Shown: positions 46,106-60,703, counted from the whole stretch's first letter. The stretch is 63,927 bases of DNA, filler included, from Folioceros fuciformis (GCA_049999805.1; 10 parts of 10 records of this genome joined end to end with filler, not necessarily neighbours in it); one strand, 5' to 3'. Program-made: numbers and translations. The notes: generated by a model from the letters alone, not told the origin.

Positions 46106-48757
46106 AGGAGGGGGAATATGTCAGGCCCAAAAAAAACCACCGGAGTGGTACTCTAGTGGCCCACTCAACTCGTTTCCGGAGTAAGCAGAATATTTGCTTT
46201 TTAAAAAAAAGGGTTATTTCAGCAAACTCGAGTTCACCGGAGTAGAAGACATGTCAGACCTTCGGGCGACCACCTAATGGACAGACAAACAACGATCTAT
46301 TAAAGATCCGGATCTTTAACAGACATCATGTACCCGACATCATGCAGGAGGAGAGGCATAACCGTTTCTAGACGGTTCCAAGTGTACCAGCAACCACAAG
46401 CGTAAGTTTTTACGTATGTCGCCCTTTATGCTTCAACGCCTTCCCTCTCCCTCCCACCACCCCGCTTAATTCTCATTCCGACGCTCTTGTTCTCCTCCGT
46501 CTTCCTGCTTTCCTCCTCTCCTTCTGTTTTCCTCGTATGATGCCAGACCAACCTACTACTTCATCGCACTTTTACTTGCGCACTTCCCTCCTCAACCTTC
46601 TCCTCCAGCAATGCTCCCTCACCCCTCATGGCGCTAGGGCAATTTCTTGAAGTCGGCGACGCTTGGCTGATCAACAAGAACCAAATTCAAATGTGAGCCA
46701 AACCCAATTTCACACCTTGGATAGCGGCGACATAAGATCTCACAGAGCAGTGGGAGCTGGGGCTTTTCCAATTCCCTTGGGGAATTCAATCCATAGCAGC
46801 AGTTTGAGAGTTCATCAGGACACTAATGCGCTACACATGAGGGAAGCCGAAGTCCTCCTTGATTCAAGACAGTCCCACCTTGTGGACTGTTCAAATGACG
46901 CGGGAAGTATACCTACGGCCAGTGGAGGGGTGTGGAGGATATCTCTATTTGAATTCCCAACGGCATAAGGTGTGGGTGAAGGAGTTGGCAATAGCTCTTT
47001 TGACGGACGGATCCTTCAAGACCACCAATGGGTAGTTGATACATGATATCGAGGACCTCAGGATCAGAGGAGTAGCGTGCCTAGTGGTAAATTGGCTGTT
47101 GGTCACCAAGACAAACCACATAGTAGACGAGGTTCTATTGCGCCTTCATGGACTGCCATAGGGGACCTCGATGGATTGGGGAAAGGTCGTGGCCCATCGG
47201 ATCCAGTTCGATGTTAGAAAGCTTTTTCAAGAGAAACCACCTACCTCAGGCCACTCCCCCTTCCTGTTGCATATTTGAGGCCATTATTAAGCCCTTATAG
47301 ACTTGGAACAGGTTATAGTTGCTCATCTGCCTCTTGACCTGGCGCAGGCCTTTGCTACTCCTCCGGCACCAACTCCAAGGAAAAAGGCCACCGCGCCATC
47401 CACTCAGCCCAAGCCACTCCCCACTACGTCGGTAGCCCTACCGGTTTCGAATACTTCGGAGGACAGCCACGAAGCAACAGCAAAGTCACCATCCACGGCT
47501 CTTGCATTGACCCCCAACTCTCCTGCTAGTGCTCCTTCGAAGCGAAAAGCGAACGCAACACCAGCACAAGCACCACTGCCCAAGCCGTGAAATATGCGGG
47601 CAATGTCTACGGCGGGCCGATGAATTTCATTGCAGAGTGCCCCACCTCCCACCAGGTTGGAGCTCGAGGACTTTCTAGCTCTGATATCTCGACCTACGAG
47701 TGTGCCCCATACTAGGGAGGAGGCAGACCACATGGAGTTGTCCGCCTGGCCGCACACTTAGACTACAACGAATGACATGGGATAGGACCGTCCGGAGTAA
47801 AACGGCCACCCTTGCCCCATGAGAAGAAGAAGGGACGGGGTCCACGCTCTCCCAGCCCACCACTAGCCGGAGTAATCCCAACTCTAGCACTTACCTAGGA
47901 GGAGCCTGATTGCTGCAAGGCTCTATCAAGGGATCGTAACATTTGTGGCGAAAGGACTCGCTTGGTCCTTTGGGCAGGTTGCTCCCTGGGAAGGAAAAAT
48001 CGTCGCCCTCCGAAGACGGATGACTAAGGTAGCAACTCAGTTATCTACCCTAAAGGAACGAGCAGCAAGGCACACTACCAAGTTTCAAGAGGAGTCCGTT
48101 AAATACTAGGAAGAACGCGACAAGTACCTACGAGAGCTAGAGGAGCTCTAGGGCCAGGCTGTGGAATGGATAGCCGCTTTAGAAAAGCAACTTAGTGAGG
48201 TGTAGGAGGAGACCGCTCGATCATAGGCTGCTATGGAGTCGATCCATGCGGAAGAGAGGCGACCCTGGAGGATATGGGAAACAGATGCTTAGGAGGCCTG
48301 CCGACAGCACACGGCAGTGCGGGACGGCTATAAGAAGGAGCAGAACTAGGCATTGGAGGGAGAGAAGGATGCTACCCACAAGCTGGCTAAGGCGGTCCGA
48401 CAACTGGAAGAACTGCAAGGTCAACTCCCGGCAATGCAGGCCAAGGAGAAGACAGTCCAATACGAAGTCCGGACCCTAAGGGCAGAACTCACCCGGATCT
48501 GAGCGGATATGCAGAAACAGGGAGAAGCATGGGAGAGTGAGTGGAAGCTACTGATGGGCCAAGTCGATAGTCTACGGACCACGACATAAGAATTGGAGGC
48601 CCAACTATTGGACTGCAAGACACGAGAGGATCACATTGAGGTGGTGCTCCTAAGGGCGCATGTGGACGCCGTCTCAAACGTGTGGCTTCGAGAGTTGACT
48701 ACAGTCACTTTGGTGGCCCTCGAGCAACTCCGGAGGTATGTCATGTCAGCGCCTGCA
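46106..48757 (+). mobile_element. PPT + LTR-like start (TGTCAGG at 46119) followed by a decayed accessory ORF with a Pro/Thr-rich part and a coiled-coil part
   Basis: AGGAGGGGGAATA|TGTCAGG, then an ORF remnant with many stops (KTTNG.LIHDI...WGKVVAHRIQFDVRKL..EKPP) homologous to the split ORF in contig 3. Confidence 0.55.
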
Positions 48758-48974
48758 TGTTACGATAGGCATCGTTAGGGTTAAGCCTAAACACATATAT
48801 ATAGGGATATGCAAATTAGGGTTATCTGTGAAGAGTCGTGCATATAGTATTTATCCATTAGTTTTATCTATATAGTATTTATCCATATAGTTTATTCATT
48901 ATCCAATTCAATTGAAGAAAGTTTATCCAGAAACATTTTCTCGCCCCGCTCGATAATTTACATGGTATCAAAGC
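48758..48974 (+). mobile_element. Short (~205 bp) 5' LTR followed by a tRNA-iMet primer-binding site
   Basis: TGTTACG...TTTACA|TGGTATCAAAGC (48963-48974), one mismatch to the canonical TGGTATCAGAGC. Confidence 0.75.
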
Positions 48975-50047
48975 ACCATGCTTTGCTTCCTGCTAGAAGT
49001 TGACAATGCCGAGGCGGGGAGGTTGTAGGGGGCATCAGCGTGGTGTGCTCCCAAGAAATTTGTATAAGGAGACACACCCAAGGTGACAAACAGCAAATGT
49101 TCCTATAGATACTTTGTTGGACCTCTACGAGCAAGACTACCCTGCCCTCTAGCTATAACAATTTGTGGCACAACAAAGCACTCCACCTACACCAACACAT
49201 ATCCTCAATCACAATCAGGATATTGACCATTTGTATAAGGAGCATCATCATAGGAGAGGACAGAACCCACATTTGTTCTTACGCCCCATGGCAAATCAGA
49301 ATCCATATTCTCTTTTCCACCCTAGGAGTGTTGCAACTCCCTCCTGCTCAAGTCCCCTTGTGCCGCAACAACAACAAAGAGACAACATTTTTAGAAACTT
49401 CCCACATCCGAGGAGCAGTGCTAGTGAAAGAGCTACATTGGTTACCTTAGATTGTGCGGAGAAGGTACTAACTTTAGCGCTTGCAAATCAGGAGTCTACC
49501 AGGAATAGAGTTGACAGCCTAATTTTCAATGCTGAACAAGCCATCTCAGACTGCAAACTTGAAATCAAGCAGGATATTGATTATTTGACTGAGATCCTAC
49601 AAAAGATGAACCTAAGATTGCATGGTTTGGAGATTAGTTGCCCCATTCAATTTTGATCATAAAAAGGGCCCATGCTCCTTGAGCACTTCCAGTGCGATTG
49701 AGTGGAGCAATCCTAGCCATGATCTGAAGCTGCGCAATGGAACATGCACCCCTTCACCTTGCAATTCTTGTCTGCACCTGATTCCTCCAACTGTGCACGT
49801 CTATTCACAAGATAGGGACATGACGGTTAGCTTCAACCCTAATTTTTAGTTTAGTTTTTGGAAACGACATATGTTTTAGGGTTATGCCTATAAGCACAAC
49901 TTTTCACTAGTGTCTGAGAGGTAGTTGAGGAGTTCAACACAAGAAGGGCATATCTCCTTGGTATCCCCTCCTCTGGCTAAACCCTCCCAAGTGCCCCCCC
50001 TGCACCTAATAGTCAGCCCCTATGATTAAAGCATGAAATTGAGCAAA

Positions 50048-53000
50048 CTAGGCATGGATGTAGGCTTTCACATGTTCACTATACCCTACAAAAACAAGGG
50101 CTTGTGCACGAGCATCTAACTTCTTGCGGTTCTCAATAGGAATGTGAGCATATGCCTTTGATCCAAAGATGCGCTGATGGAGAAGACTCGGCCTTTTGTT
50201 CCAGAATACTTCATATGGTGTCTTGTATGGGTTAGAGCTCGTAAGAACTCTGTTCAGGATATAGGTTGCCGTGACAATTGCCTCAACCCAATAGCCATGT
50301 GGTAAGCTTGCCCATATCAACATGCTGCTTGTCATTCCTAACAATGTATGGTTTTACCTTTCTGAAATGTCGTTTTATTGTGGTGTGTAGGGCACAGTTA
50401 ATTGTTGAAGAATACCATTCTCTTATTTTTTCGCGAAGAAAATAATTTTGATTTAATGATCATCCTCTTATAATACTAAGGGGACCCTGCTCACGTATTT
50501 ACAAAGCATGAGTATCATGACTAAGAGGAAAAAACCGACCTCGTGCCCAGACCACAGGACAAGACGCAGAAAACACTCCTCATCACCCTGACCCTAGCAG
50601 ACTGCTAAGACCATTCACCTGCTAAATCCATTTAGCTTTAAACCTCCACTTTACCCGAAAACCATGGGAGTTCACCTACCCCAGGGGCAGGTGTGGTTCC
50701 AATGTTCCTCATTCCCAGGAACTAGGAAACCCGCTGACTTCCACTCCCTCCGCTTGAATCGTTTCCGATGGGACTGCCTCAGACCTTGTGCTGCAATCAA
50801 TAAGTGCTCCCAGATGCGCCAAAGCAGAGCTTTAGATGAGACTGACACCGAACCACCATAGACCACGGAAGACCAGTTGACCCAAAGGTGGAAAAGACAA
50901 GAAGACCACAGTAACCCCCACCATTGAGACGGAAGTGGAGCTTTGCTCGAGGTCGCATCCAACCCAAAGAGGGCAGTTTGTTTCGTCATCCTGAGGTTGG
51001 TGCCTGGAAGAATTCTGTGCAACCACCTGCCCACTTCACTCCATATCTCCTGGGCAAAGCTGCAATAGAAGAACATGTACTGACTTTTGTTGGGAGCACC
51101 CAAGGAGCACAGTCGACACTGGTCTTCTCTTGTAGCAACCAACAACCCATCCCATCTATCCGCATTAGGCAAACAAGCTTGAAAAAAACACCAAATCGTC
51201 GTCCTAACCTTTGGGGGAATTCCGTCTGACTTCCAAAGTAGCTTGATAGCTTCCTTTTGTCGCCGCACAAACAGTTGTAGCCGGGGAGCCATGGGATGCC
51301 TTTGTTTGATTTTCTGCGCTCACACCAGCTAGAGGAATATGTTGGCCGTTGGGAAGTTCAAGAACAACCGAAGGCTGTCTGCCTTGCATCCTGGGCACCT
51401 GGGCCATTTGTAGAGATCTGGTCTGAATGCCAAATCCCAATTCTCCGCAAGTGAGAACCAACATCGAACAACTGTTTTGTCCGAGGTTGGTTGTCCACAA
51501 GGGCCTTCGAGTTGAGTGAACCACCGCCCTGCACGACCAGACTTAGAGAGGACCGTGATGACCTGTAGTTCCCCTCTTCGAACATTACCATCGTTCCTGC
51601 ACTGACTTTCCAAAAGCCCTTCGGGCGACATGACCTTGAACATTCGCAGGTTTTCTTTGTCAGCTGTACCTGAAAACCAAATAGCCCTATCCAATTCCAG
51701 GTCATCCTCCTCAGAGTCTGCATCCTTACTACCCATGGAGTACGTATACCACCCCTCAATATCCAGGGTAGGTTGCTGCCTTAAAACCTGTTGAACCTTC
51801 TCCTCTAGTCCCTCTTGCAGCCATGAAAAAATGAGCCTATCATGTCTAGCCACTAACCCAAATTCTTCCTTGACCTCCGCCACCTCTTTCCAACGGGCCT
51901 CTGATTTGTTCCATAAGTGACCAAGTTGGCTAACTCCTTTCCGACAAGCGAGACCGAAGATTTGTGACCGATACACCCTGGCCCTAAATTCTTGTGCCCA
52001 CAGCCTCAAGAATCCTTGCAGAGGTAATCCAAGAACGTCATCAACATGCATGGGATTACTTGCGATAATGTACCGCTTGACTTCTAAGTAGCTGCTCCAG
52101 ATTGACTTGAAGAGTGGGGAGCACTTCGCAGTATCAAGTAAAAGCTTGTCTGCAAGGATGTTGTCAATAGATCTCCTTCCCCGAGGAACAGCTTGCGTGC
52201 ACTCCAGATGCTGTGTTAGCAGGCTCTTCCAAGGGTAGTAGGCAGGATCCGCTGCCCTGACAACCCATTGAGCATGCAAGACTTTCATCTTGGCAACTGG
52301 GTCAACCACCCATAGGCCCCCCAAACATCGTGCCTGAATTATGTGATGCCAAGCCACCTTAGAGCACCCCGCTGAGTTGTCCCCCACACGTTTCCACAGG
52401 AATGAGGTCAACATCTGTTGCAGCCTCTTCACCTCTACCTTGGAGGGAGCCCACAAGAACAAATAATACCAAAGAGAGGCTGTTAGGATATGGATAATCA
52501 CCACCAACCTTCCTGCGAGGTTAAGTTCCAACATCTGCAAGCTCGCCGCTTTACGAATGAATATGAGGAACACATACTTCCCTATGTCACCGTTCTCATC
52601 CCCTTCATGGAAGGGAAGTCCCAGATACTTGTGAGTGGACCCTTGCAACACCCTCGGGATATGGCGGATGCATCAAGGCAGCTCCCCTTCTATGTGTAGA
52701 CACATCATGCGGGTCTTCACCCAATTAACCTTGCAACCCGATAGCTCCCCAAAAACCTCGACCTGCCGAAGCAAAGCATTCAAAGAGGTCTCCTCTGCTG
52801 AGGAAAAAAAGAAGGGTATCATTTGCAAAAGCCGAGACCCTTAATGGCTATCCATCTGGATTGCGAACACCCTCGAATGCTTGGTCTTGCTTAACTGCCC
52901 GAAGAAAGAAGTCAGTCCGATAATAAATAAAAATGGAGCTAGGGGGCACCCCTGACGTACTGACCGATGAATGCCAAAACGCTCCGTAAAAGCTCCATTG

Positions 53001-55260
53001 ATGGCCAACTTGGCTCCAGCGTCTTCACACAAAATGGCAATCCACCTACAGAAGTTATTCCCGAAACCAAAGCTACGCAAGCATCTCCACAAAAAGTGCC
53101 ACTCAATGGAGTCATAAGCCTTGCAAAAGTCCAGGGAGATGACAACTGCAGCTTTCTTCTGAACCTGGACATTATACTTAGCTTCCCGCAAGAGTAGAAG
53201 GTTGTCTAGAATGCATCGATTTTGGATGAACCCCCTCTGCTCTTTCTTAATCCAATCGTCCTTAAAAGGCTTGATGCGGTTGGCCAGTACCTTGGCTATC
53301 ACCTTGTACGTAGTTGTAAGCAGCGTGATTGGGCGCCAATTGGAAATTGATAGACTGGCGTCCTGCTTAGGGAGCAGGGTGATGACCCCCATGTTAAACC
53401 AACTCCCCATGCTGCCCTCTTCCCAGATCATGGCCACAGCCTCCATGAATAAAGGCTCCATAAACTCCCAACCCCAAAGCAGGAACTCGGGCGGGATACC
53501 ATCATGCCTCGGGGATTTATTCCTTGGCATCCCCTTTAGAGCCTGGAATACTTCCTCAGCTATAATCGGCTTATCCAGCTCCTTGCGTTGGGCCTCGGAG
53601 ACCTTAGCCGAGAGTGATCTGTAGGAGGCTGACCACAACTGCTCCCACCCCGCCACCTTCCCCACACTCGATAAAATACCCACAAAGAAGAGGGTAATGA
53701 GCTTTTTTAAACCTTCCAGCGACTCTTGCATCACTCCTTGGGCGTTTGGAAGAGCAGGAATTCTCGACCTGTGCCGGTTAGCAGCCACCTTATCGAAGAA
53801 GAACTTAGACGGGTCATCCCCTTCCCTCACCCACTTGACCTTAGCCCTTTTAAACCAGCCTTTGGCTCAATCTTCTTCCAACTTGGCCAGTGTGCATTCT
53901 ACCTCCGTTTTCCAGGCTGCTTCCTTGATTGTGAAGTCTCACTCCTCCCCTTTCCTTTGCAACCAGCTTAGTTCCTCTCTCCAAAAGCATTCCTGTTGAC
54001 GCAACTCCTTCGCCCATTGGACCCCTTGCCTCCTCAAGTATCTAGTTGCTTCGCTGTTAGCACAGATCAACCTGGAGACAGCAGGCTCTTCCCCCTGTTC
54101 TATTCGAATACCATTCTCTTGAAGCAGTTCATCAAAAGATGAGTTCACAAACTCATCTGTCCTTAGGATCTTGAGAGGCATTCTAGATTGTCTCTGAGCA
54201 GTCAAGAGCCATCGCTTGAAACAGCTGAAAGTATCACTTTTCAAATGCATAGGAAATGTCCATGTATATCGGCTGTAGTCATCCGTCAGGGTGAAGAAAT
54301 ATTGTGAACCTCCTAAGGATGGCTCATGTATTTTGCCTGATATGTTAGCATGGACTAATTCCAAGAACTGTGTGGCTCTGTGTGCAAGAACATTAGAGAA
54401 AGGTGATTCCTTCTACTTGGCTAGGATGCAGGATTCGCAGACTGGTAAATCCTTAAAGCATTTAGGTAGCGGCTCTCCATGACATTCTGTTACAGACATG
54501 TCAATCAGCTTTGACCTGTTTATATGTCCTAGCCTTGCATGCCATAAGACTGACTCCTGCTTTGCACTAACATAATTACTTGTCGTGGAATGTGCAGCAT
54601 GTTGGGAGACAATGGCAGGGCTACAGGTTATGTTCAACCTATACAAGTTATGATCCAATATGCCCCAGAGCCTCCAGGTGTGTTATTTCCCCCCTTGAAT
54701 TTGGTCTTGCCTCTAAAAGAGCATAAATTTACAACTAACACTCTCTCGGCTTTATTCTTAGGAACAACACCAAAAAGAGTACGAGCCTACTCCTCTTGAT
54801 AAAGTGCGCCGGTGATGTTTTCAACAGCGGGGGCAGTAGTGGCAGCAGATCCTGGAGGCTTAACAGGTCCGTTTTGAGCTGTGACAAAATTCTGATTTGA
54901 AGGTGGGAGACTGATGAGTAGCTGGGATACAGCTTCGACTTCTGGCATCTTGTTACCAGTCAATGACATGATCTGGGCTCTAAGATGTCGGAACTTGTTG
55001 GTATGTATAGCTATCTTCTCTCATTCCTTCATTTTCAAAGCATAAAATGCCATTCTTGCAACTGATAACGATAGCATGTTAGTGGAACGATAGGTTGTTT
55101 CTAACTGGTGTTAGATGGCCTCCACTGTGTCCTCGAACTCTATATCAGGCACGAGGTCTGCATCTAGGCCATTGATTAGGAGGGCCATAGCGACACCATT
55201 GTGGTGCATCCACTTGGCATGATTATCAGGGTGGTAGGATCAGGTTGCTTATCTATCCTA
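50048..55260 (-). mobile_element. Degenerate Ty1/copia gag-integrase fragment interrupted by a LINE
   Basis: LWHARLGHIN, CESCILAK and FTLTDDYSRYTW...FDELLQENGI| resume at 50424 as ENGILQQLTVPYTPQ...YWVEAIVTATYILNR...RKKLDARA. Confidence 0.88.
50425..54105 (-). mobile_element. 5'-truncated L1-clade LINE (RT + zf-RVT), frameshifted, with a 15-bp TSD
   Basis: EGDDPSKFF, KSPRHDGIP, WRPITLL, QRGFI, LDFCKAYDSIEW, VRQGCPLAPFLF, KYLGLP and CRLC..MFFYC. TSD GAATACCATTCTCTT at 50410-50424 and 54106-54120. Confidence 0.95.
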
Positions 55261-55358
55261 TAGGAACCATAGTTCCGTATAGCTCTTTATTATCCGTGTC
55301 TAGATAGTCACTTTTATGTCCTTTTATGATTCTGACACCTAACCTGAAAGTCCAAACA

Positions 55359-56420
55359 TGGCTGCTTCAAATTCACATCTAGCCCCAACACTCTCCTTCA
55401 CTTCAGAACTGAAGGAAAAGAATCGGTTTAAGGGCAGTGGTTACCTCATTTGGCGAGTCATGATTAAGGCCATCATGTTTGCTCGAGGAGTGTGGCTAGT
55501 CCTTGACAGCACTGGAAAGGCTCTTGCCTAAGAAGAGCATGTGAATGAGCCCGATGAGGCACAAGAACTAGAACCCGAGCTGAGGCAGTCCACTCGCCAT
55601 CGTCCACCACCATCTGAATGGGCAGAGCCTCATGACCAGTCTATAGACTTTAGGACAAATCTGGTGACTAATCCTGCCCTACCAGATGAGCCTACTTCCC
55701 TATCACAAGCTTTTAATGGCTCTGAGTCTAAATAGTGGAAGATTGTAGTGGAGGATGAGTACCATTCCTGAGTCAAAAATCGGACTTGAACTCTAACAGA
55801 TCTACATCCTGGGCGAAAGGCCATATCTTGCAAGTGGGTCTTTAAGCTAAAGCTAAATGCTAAGGGAGAGGTTGCTAGGTTCAAGGCTCGACTAGTGGCT
55901 CAAGGATTCACACAAGTGGAAGGCTTGGACTACTAAGAAATGTTTTCTCCTGTGGTCAGAACACAATCCATCAAGATTATGCTTGCTTACACTACGGAGC
56001 ATGACCTGGATCTTCAACAAATGGACGTCTGCACCGCCTTTCTATGTGGAGCCTTGGACGAAGAACCCTACATGCTGCAGCCAAAAGGATACGAGGATAA
56101 GAAGCATCCTAAAAAAGTCCTCAAGCTGCTCAAATGCATCTATGGTTTAAAGCAGAGTGGGAGAGTCTGGCATTTTACCATGCATGTGTATCTGCTGACC
56201 ATTAATTTTGTCCAGAGCACAACTAACTCCAATGTATACAAGCTTACGAAGGGGTCTTCTGTTGTAATTCTTGCCTTGTATGTTGATGATTTTATCCTTG
56301 CAACCAACGATCAAACGTTGCTATCAAAAGTGAAATAGAGACTCTGTAGTAAATTTGATATGAAAGACATAGGCGAATTGAAATTCTATCCTAGTATCTA
56401 GCTCTTGAGGCTTGGGTCTA
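55359..56420 (+). mobile_element. Internally deleted Ty1/copia (gag start fused to RT)
   Basis: RFKGSGYLIWRVMIKAIM is followed shortly by [36 protein letters not shown] and LYVDD, with several stops. Confidence 0.85.
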
Positions 56421-56449
56421 AAGGACTCATATACATTCATCAGCATAAG

Positions 56450-59400
56450 TACTCTAGGATCGCTACAGGAGCTACATGGTGAAGAGGAGAGGAGGAGGCA
56501 AGGAGGAGAGGAGAAAGGAGAGGTCACACTCTCACACTGAGTCTCTATAGCAAGGGAGCTCAAGAGGGTATTTATACCCTCTAGAAGAGCTCCCCAAGAA
56601 GCTTCACAAGAAGCGCAAAGGAAGCTGCGCAAGAAGCTTCCTATAGATTAGATTCAACTAATCTAAACTCATGGTACTTAACTAGACACTAATCTTAGAC
56701 TAAACACATTAGTCTAAGCACATTGGGCTTTATTAACCCTACAACGTCCCACTTAAAGGCCAATTTACCTTCATAGGAGAGTGGTCTACCTCATGCCCAT
56801 GAGTGTCCGAGCTTATGTGAATTTCTCCGAGGCGAGCCCCTTGGGAAGAACATCTGCAGGGTTTTGACTGGTGTGAACTTTGACAAGCTGTACCCTCTTG
56901 TCTTCCAACACCTCTCGAATGAACTGATACTTCACTTCCACATGTTTGGTCTTCGCATGAAACACTGGATTCTTCGCCAATTGGATAGCTTTCTGGCTAT
57001 CATAATGCAACACTGGCAGCTCAACCTTGATCCCCAAATCTCCCACTAAACGAGCAAGCCACATGGCTTCCTTGCACATGCCTCAGTCGCTGCAACATAC
57101 TCGGCCTCTATGGTAGATAGCGTTATGCACGATTGCAAATGAGATCGCCATGAGATTGCCCCTCTAGTGCACATGAAGACATAACCTGATGTGGACCTCC
57201 TTTTGTCCATATCCCCTGCATAATCAGCATCCGTATATCCCACAACAGATGCATCTTCACTACCAAAACATAAGCACAAAGCTTTTGTACCATTCAAGTA
57301 CCTCATAACTCCTTTCACTGCCTTCCAATGCTTCTTGCCAGGGTTTGACATAAACCTGCTAACCACTCCCACTGCAAAAGCAATGTCAGGACATGTAGCA
57401 ATCATTGCATACATCAAACTCCCTACAGCTGATGAATATGGAACCTTCTCCATTTCAGCTTTGTCCTCCGCAAAACTTGGGCAATCCTTGCTCGACAGTT
57501 TCATATATGGAGGCAACGGAGTACTCAATACCTTCCCCTTCTCCATATTGAAACGTTGAAGCACCTTGTTAATGTACTCAGTCTGAGACAAGTATTACAA
57601 ACGCTTCTATCTGTCTCGACGAATACCCATGCCAAGAATATGGCTTGCCTCTCCCAAGTCTATCATGTCAAAGCGAGCATTCAACTTTGACTTCAACACT
57701 GAAATCTCATCATTGTTAATCCCAGCAATTAGCATATCATCCACATAGAGGACCAGAATGAGCAAGCTTCCATCCTTAGCTTGCTTCATATAGAGGCAAT
57801 GATCCTCATTGCTACGTTTGTAACCTTGAGAAAGCATAAATGAGTGGAACTTGAAATACCACTCCTTTGGTGCCTGCTTCAAACTATAAAGGCTCTTCTT
57901 TGACCTACACACCAGATTCTCTTTCCCCTTCTCAATGAAACCCTCTAGTTGCTGCATGTATACCTCTTCCTAGAGATCACCATGCAGAAATGCCAACGTG
58001 ACATCCATCTGGACAAGTTCCATGTCGTGCCTCGCAACCAATCCAAGAACACATCGCAAGGTGGTCATTTTGACAACTGGTGAGAAAATCTCATCAAAGT
58101 CAATACCTTGCTGCTGCTTAAAACCCTTAGCAACCAATCGCACCATGTACTTTGGTTTGCCATAATGGGGTATGTCCTTCATCTTATACACCCATTTGCA
58201 TGGCAACACCTTCTTGCCCTTAGGCAACCAAACCAACTCCCAAGTTTGGTTCTTGTGGAGCGAATCCATCTGCGATTGCATCGCCTTCTCCTACTTGTCA
58301 TTGTCAGTCACTGACATGGCCTCTTGATAATAAGAGGGCTCCCCACAATCCGTCAGCATGACATCATCAAGAGATGCAACATACCTGTCAGGAGGACGTG
58401 AAATCCTTCCTAACCTATGAAGCACTGGTGCCTCAACCGGAGCTGGTTGCACTCTCTCCTCTTCTACAAGTGGAGGAACTTGTTCCTGCACATCACGACA
58501 TTCAACCTGCACAGGACAGTCAAATCCATCTTCTTGAAAGACCACTCGTTGCACCTCCACATTTGGAGTAGGCTTCTTGTGCATCTTGGCCTCATTGAAG
58601 AACACATCATTGCTGCGAACCGTTTTCTTGGCCTCTGGATCCCATAGATGGTATCCCATCTCACCAGACTCACCATAGCCAAGAAAAATACATTTCTTGG
58701 ACTTGGGTGCCAACTTGTCCCAAAACTCCTTCGAAACATGGTAGTATGCCTCACAGCCAAACACTCGTAGATGCTTGTATGACGGCTTCTTTCCAGACCA
58801 CATCTCCTCTGGAACGTGTTCATCCATAGCCCTATTAGGAGATCTGTTAATAAGATGCGCCGCAGTAACCACTGCTTCTGCCCAAAATCTGTTAGGCAAT
58901 CTAGAGTTTGACAACAAACTACGCATCCTCTCCTGGATGGTCTTGTTCATCCGTTCAGCCACATCATTCTGGGGAGGAGTATACGGTGCAGTCAATTCTC
59001 TCTTGATTCCGTTGGAATCACAGAATGACAGGAAAGCCTTCGAAACATACTCTCCCCCATTTTCTATCCTTAGACACTTCAGTCGCAGGCCAGATTGATT
59101 GTCCACAAGGGTGACGAATTTCTAAAAAACTGTCAGAACATCATCCTTTTTCCTCAAAGGATAAACCCACACCTTGCATGAGAAATCATCTATAAAAGTT
59201 ACAAAATAGGATGCACCGCCTAACGATACAGTGGGCATAGGTCCACAAACGTCACTGTGAACCAACTCAAGAAGTTTACTTTTGTGTTTACCTCTTGCTC
59301 CATGTGGTGACTTCGTTTGTTTCTCATACAAACAGTGCTCACACACGGAGAAATCGGAGAAGTCAAAAGCAGGGACGTAACCAAAACGAGATAAGATCTT

Positions 59401-60703
59401 CATTCCTTTTTAAGACATATGTCCTAACCGACTATGCCATAAGGAAACTCTTGGCTGTTCCCTGACACAAATCAAATGATCCTTGACAGTGGTTACCTGA
59501 AGTGAGTACAAAGTGCCACACTTTGATCCACGATCCACAAACACAAGAGAAGCTTTGGAGATCTTCCAAGAACAATGTCCAAACCAACAGTGGTAGCCAG
59601 CGTCATCCAACTGCCCTGCGCTAATCATGCTTTTGGTCAACTTCGGAACATGCCGAACATCCTTCAGTATAAATGAAGATCCATTGTCGAACTTCAGCTG
59701 CACATCACCAACGCCTGCAATCTCACATGCGCAGTTATTTCCAAGCCGAACACATCCTTTCCTAGTCGCATCATAAGTGCTAAACCATTCCCTATGCAGA
59801 GTAACATGGAAAGATGCTCTAGAGTCAATTATCCAATTAGAGAATAAGTGACTCTCCACGGCTGTCAGTTGTGCAGAATCAAAGGAAGAAGAGGTAAGAA
59901 CATCGCCATCATCAACAGAGTTCACCTCGTCACGCTTGACACTCGGACTTTTCTTGTTGTCGCTCTGCTTCTTCTCCTTGCCTTTGTCCTTCTTGAACTT
60001 CTCGCAATCCCTTCTGATGTGACCCTTCTTGTGATAATGGTAACACTCAACATTGTTACGACTACAAGACTTACTACAGGAATGACTTCGCTCCTTATAC
60101 TTCCCCTTTGAAGTGGACCTTCCTTTGACCATGAGGGCATTGGAACCTTTCGAAGGTTCTATGTTCTTCCTGTTCACCTCCTCTGTTGACAAGCTACCTT
60201 CTACATTTACAACGGTAAGACCACTGGCAGGAGCGGAATTACTCAGAGCTGTACGAAAGGTGTCCCAGCTCTCTAGTAATGTGACCAACAGAAACATAGC
60301 TCTCACGGAATCTGGGAACGAGATACCTAGAGATGAGAGCTGGCTGAAAATGGTATTGAACTCGTTTAGATGATCGGACATCCTCGTCCTTTCCTTCATC
60401 TTCAAGTCCACCAGCTGTTTCAACCAATACACATGAGAAGCCGCACTTTGCTTCTCGTACAGGTCACACAACTTCTGCCATAGCTCGTAACTTGTGGTCT
60501 TGTCTTTCACGTTGAAGTAGACCCACTTTGACAATGTTAGCATGATGGTAGATCTAGCAAGCTCATCTAGATCCTACCACTCATCCTGAGTCATACTAAC
60601 AGATTTTACTCCTAGCAACTTGATGGGCTTAATCTACTTCTTTTGTACTAGAAGATTATACACTTGTTCTTTCCAGAACGGGAAGTTAGTACCATCTAAC
60701 TTC
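56450..60703 (-). mobile_element. Near full-length Tnt1-like Ty1/copia (gag-PR-IN-RT-RH) with premature stops, PPT and 3' LTR
   Basis: Collinear ORF pieces 59410-60543 (gag, WIIDSRASFH protease), 59122-59403, 58291-59106, 57970-58281, 57607-57957, 57046-57591 and 56813-57079. PPT AAGTGGGACG precedes TGTAGGG at 56743. The far LTR boundary is approximate. Confidence 0.95.

Noticed and set aside
53939-54364. Apparent integrase-LINE fusion protein
   Set aside because: Chance read-through across the LINE insertion junction defined by the TSD.
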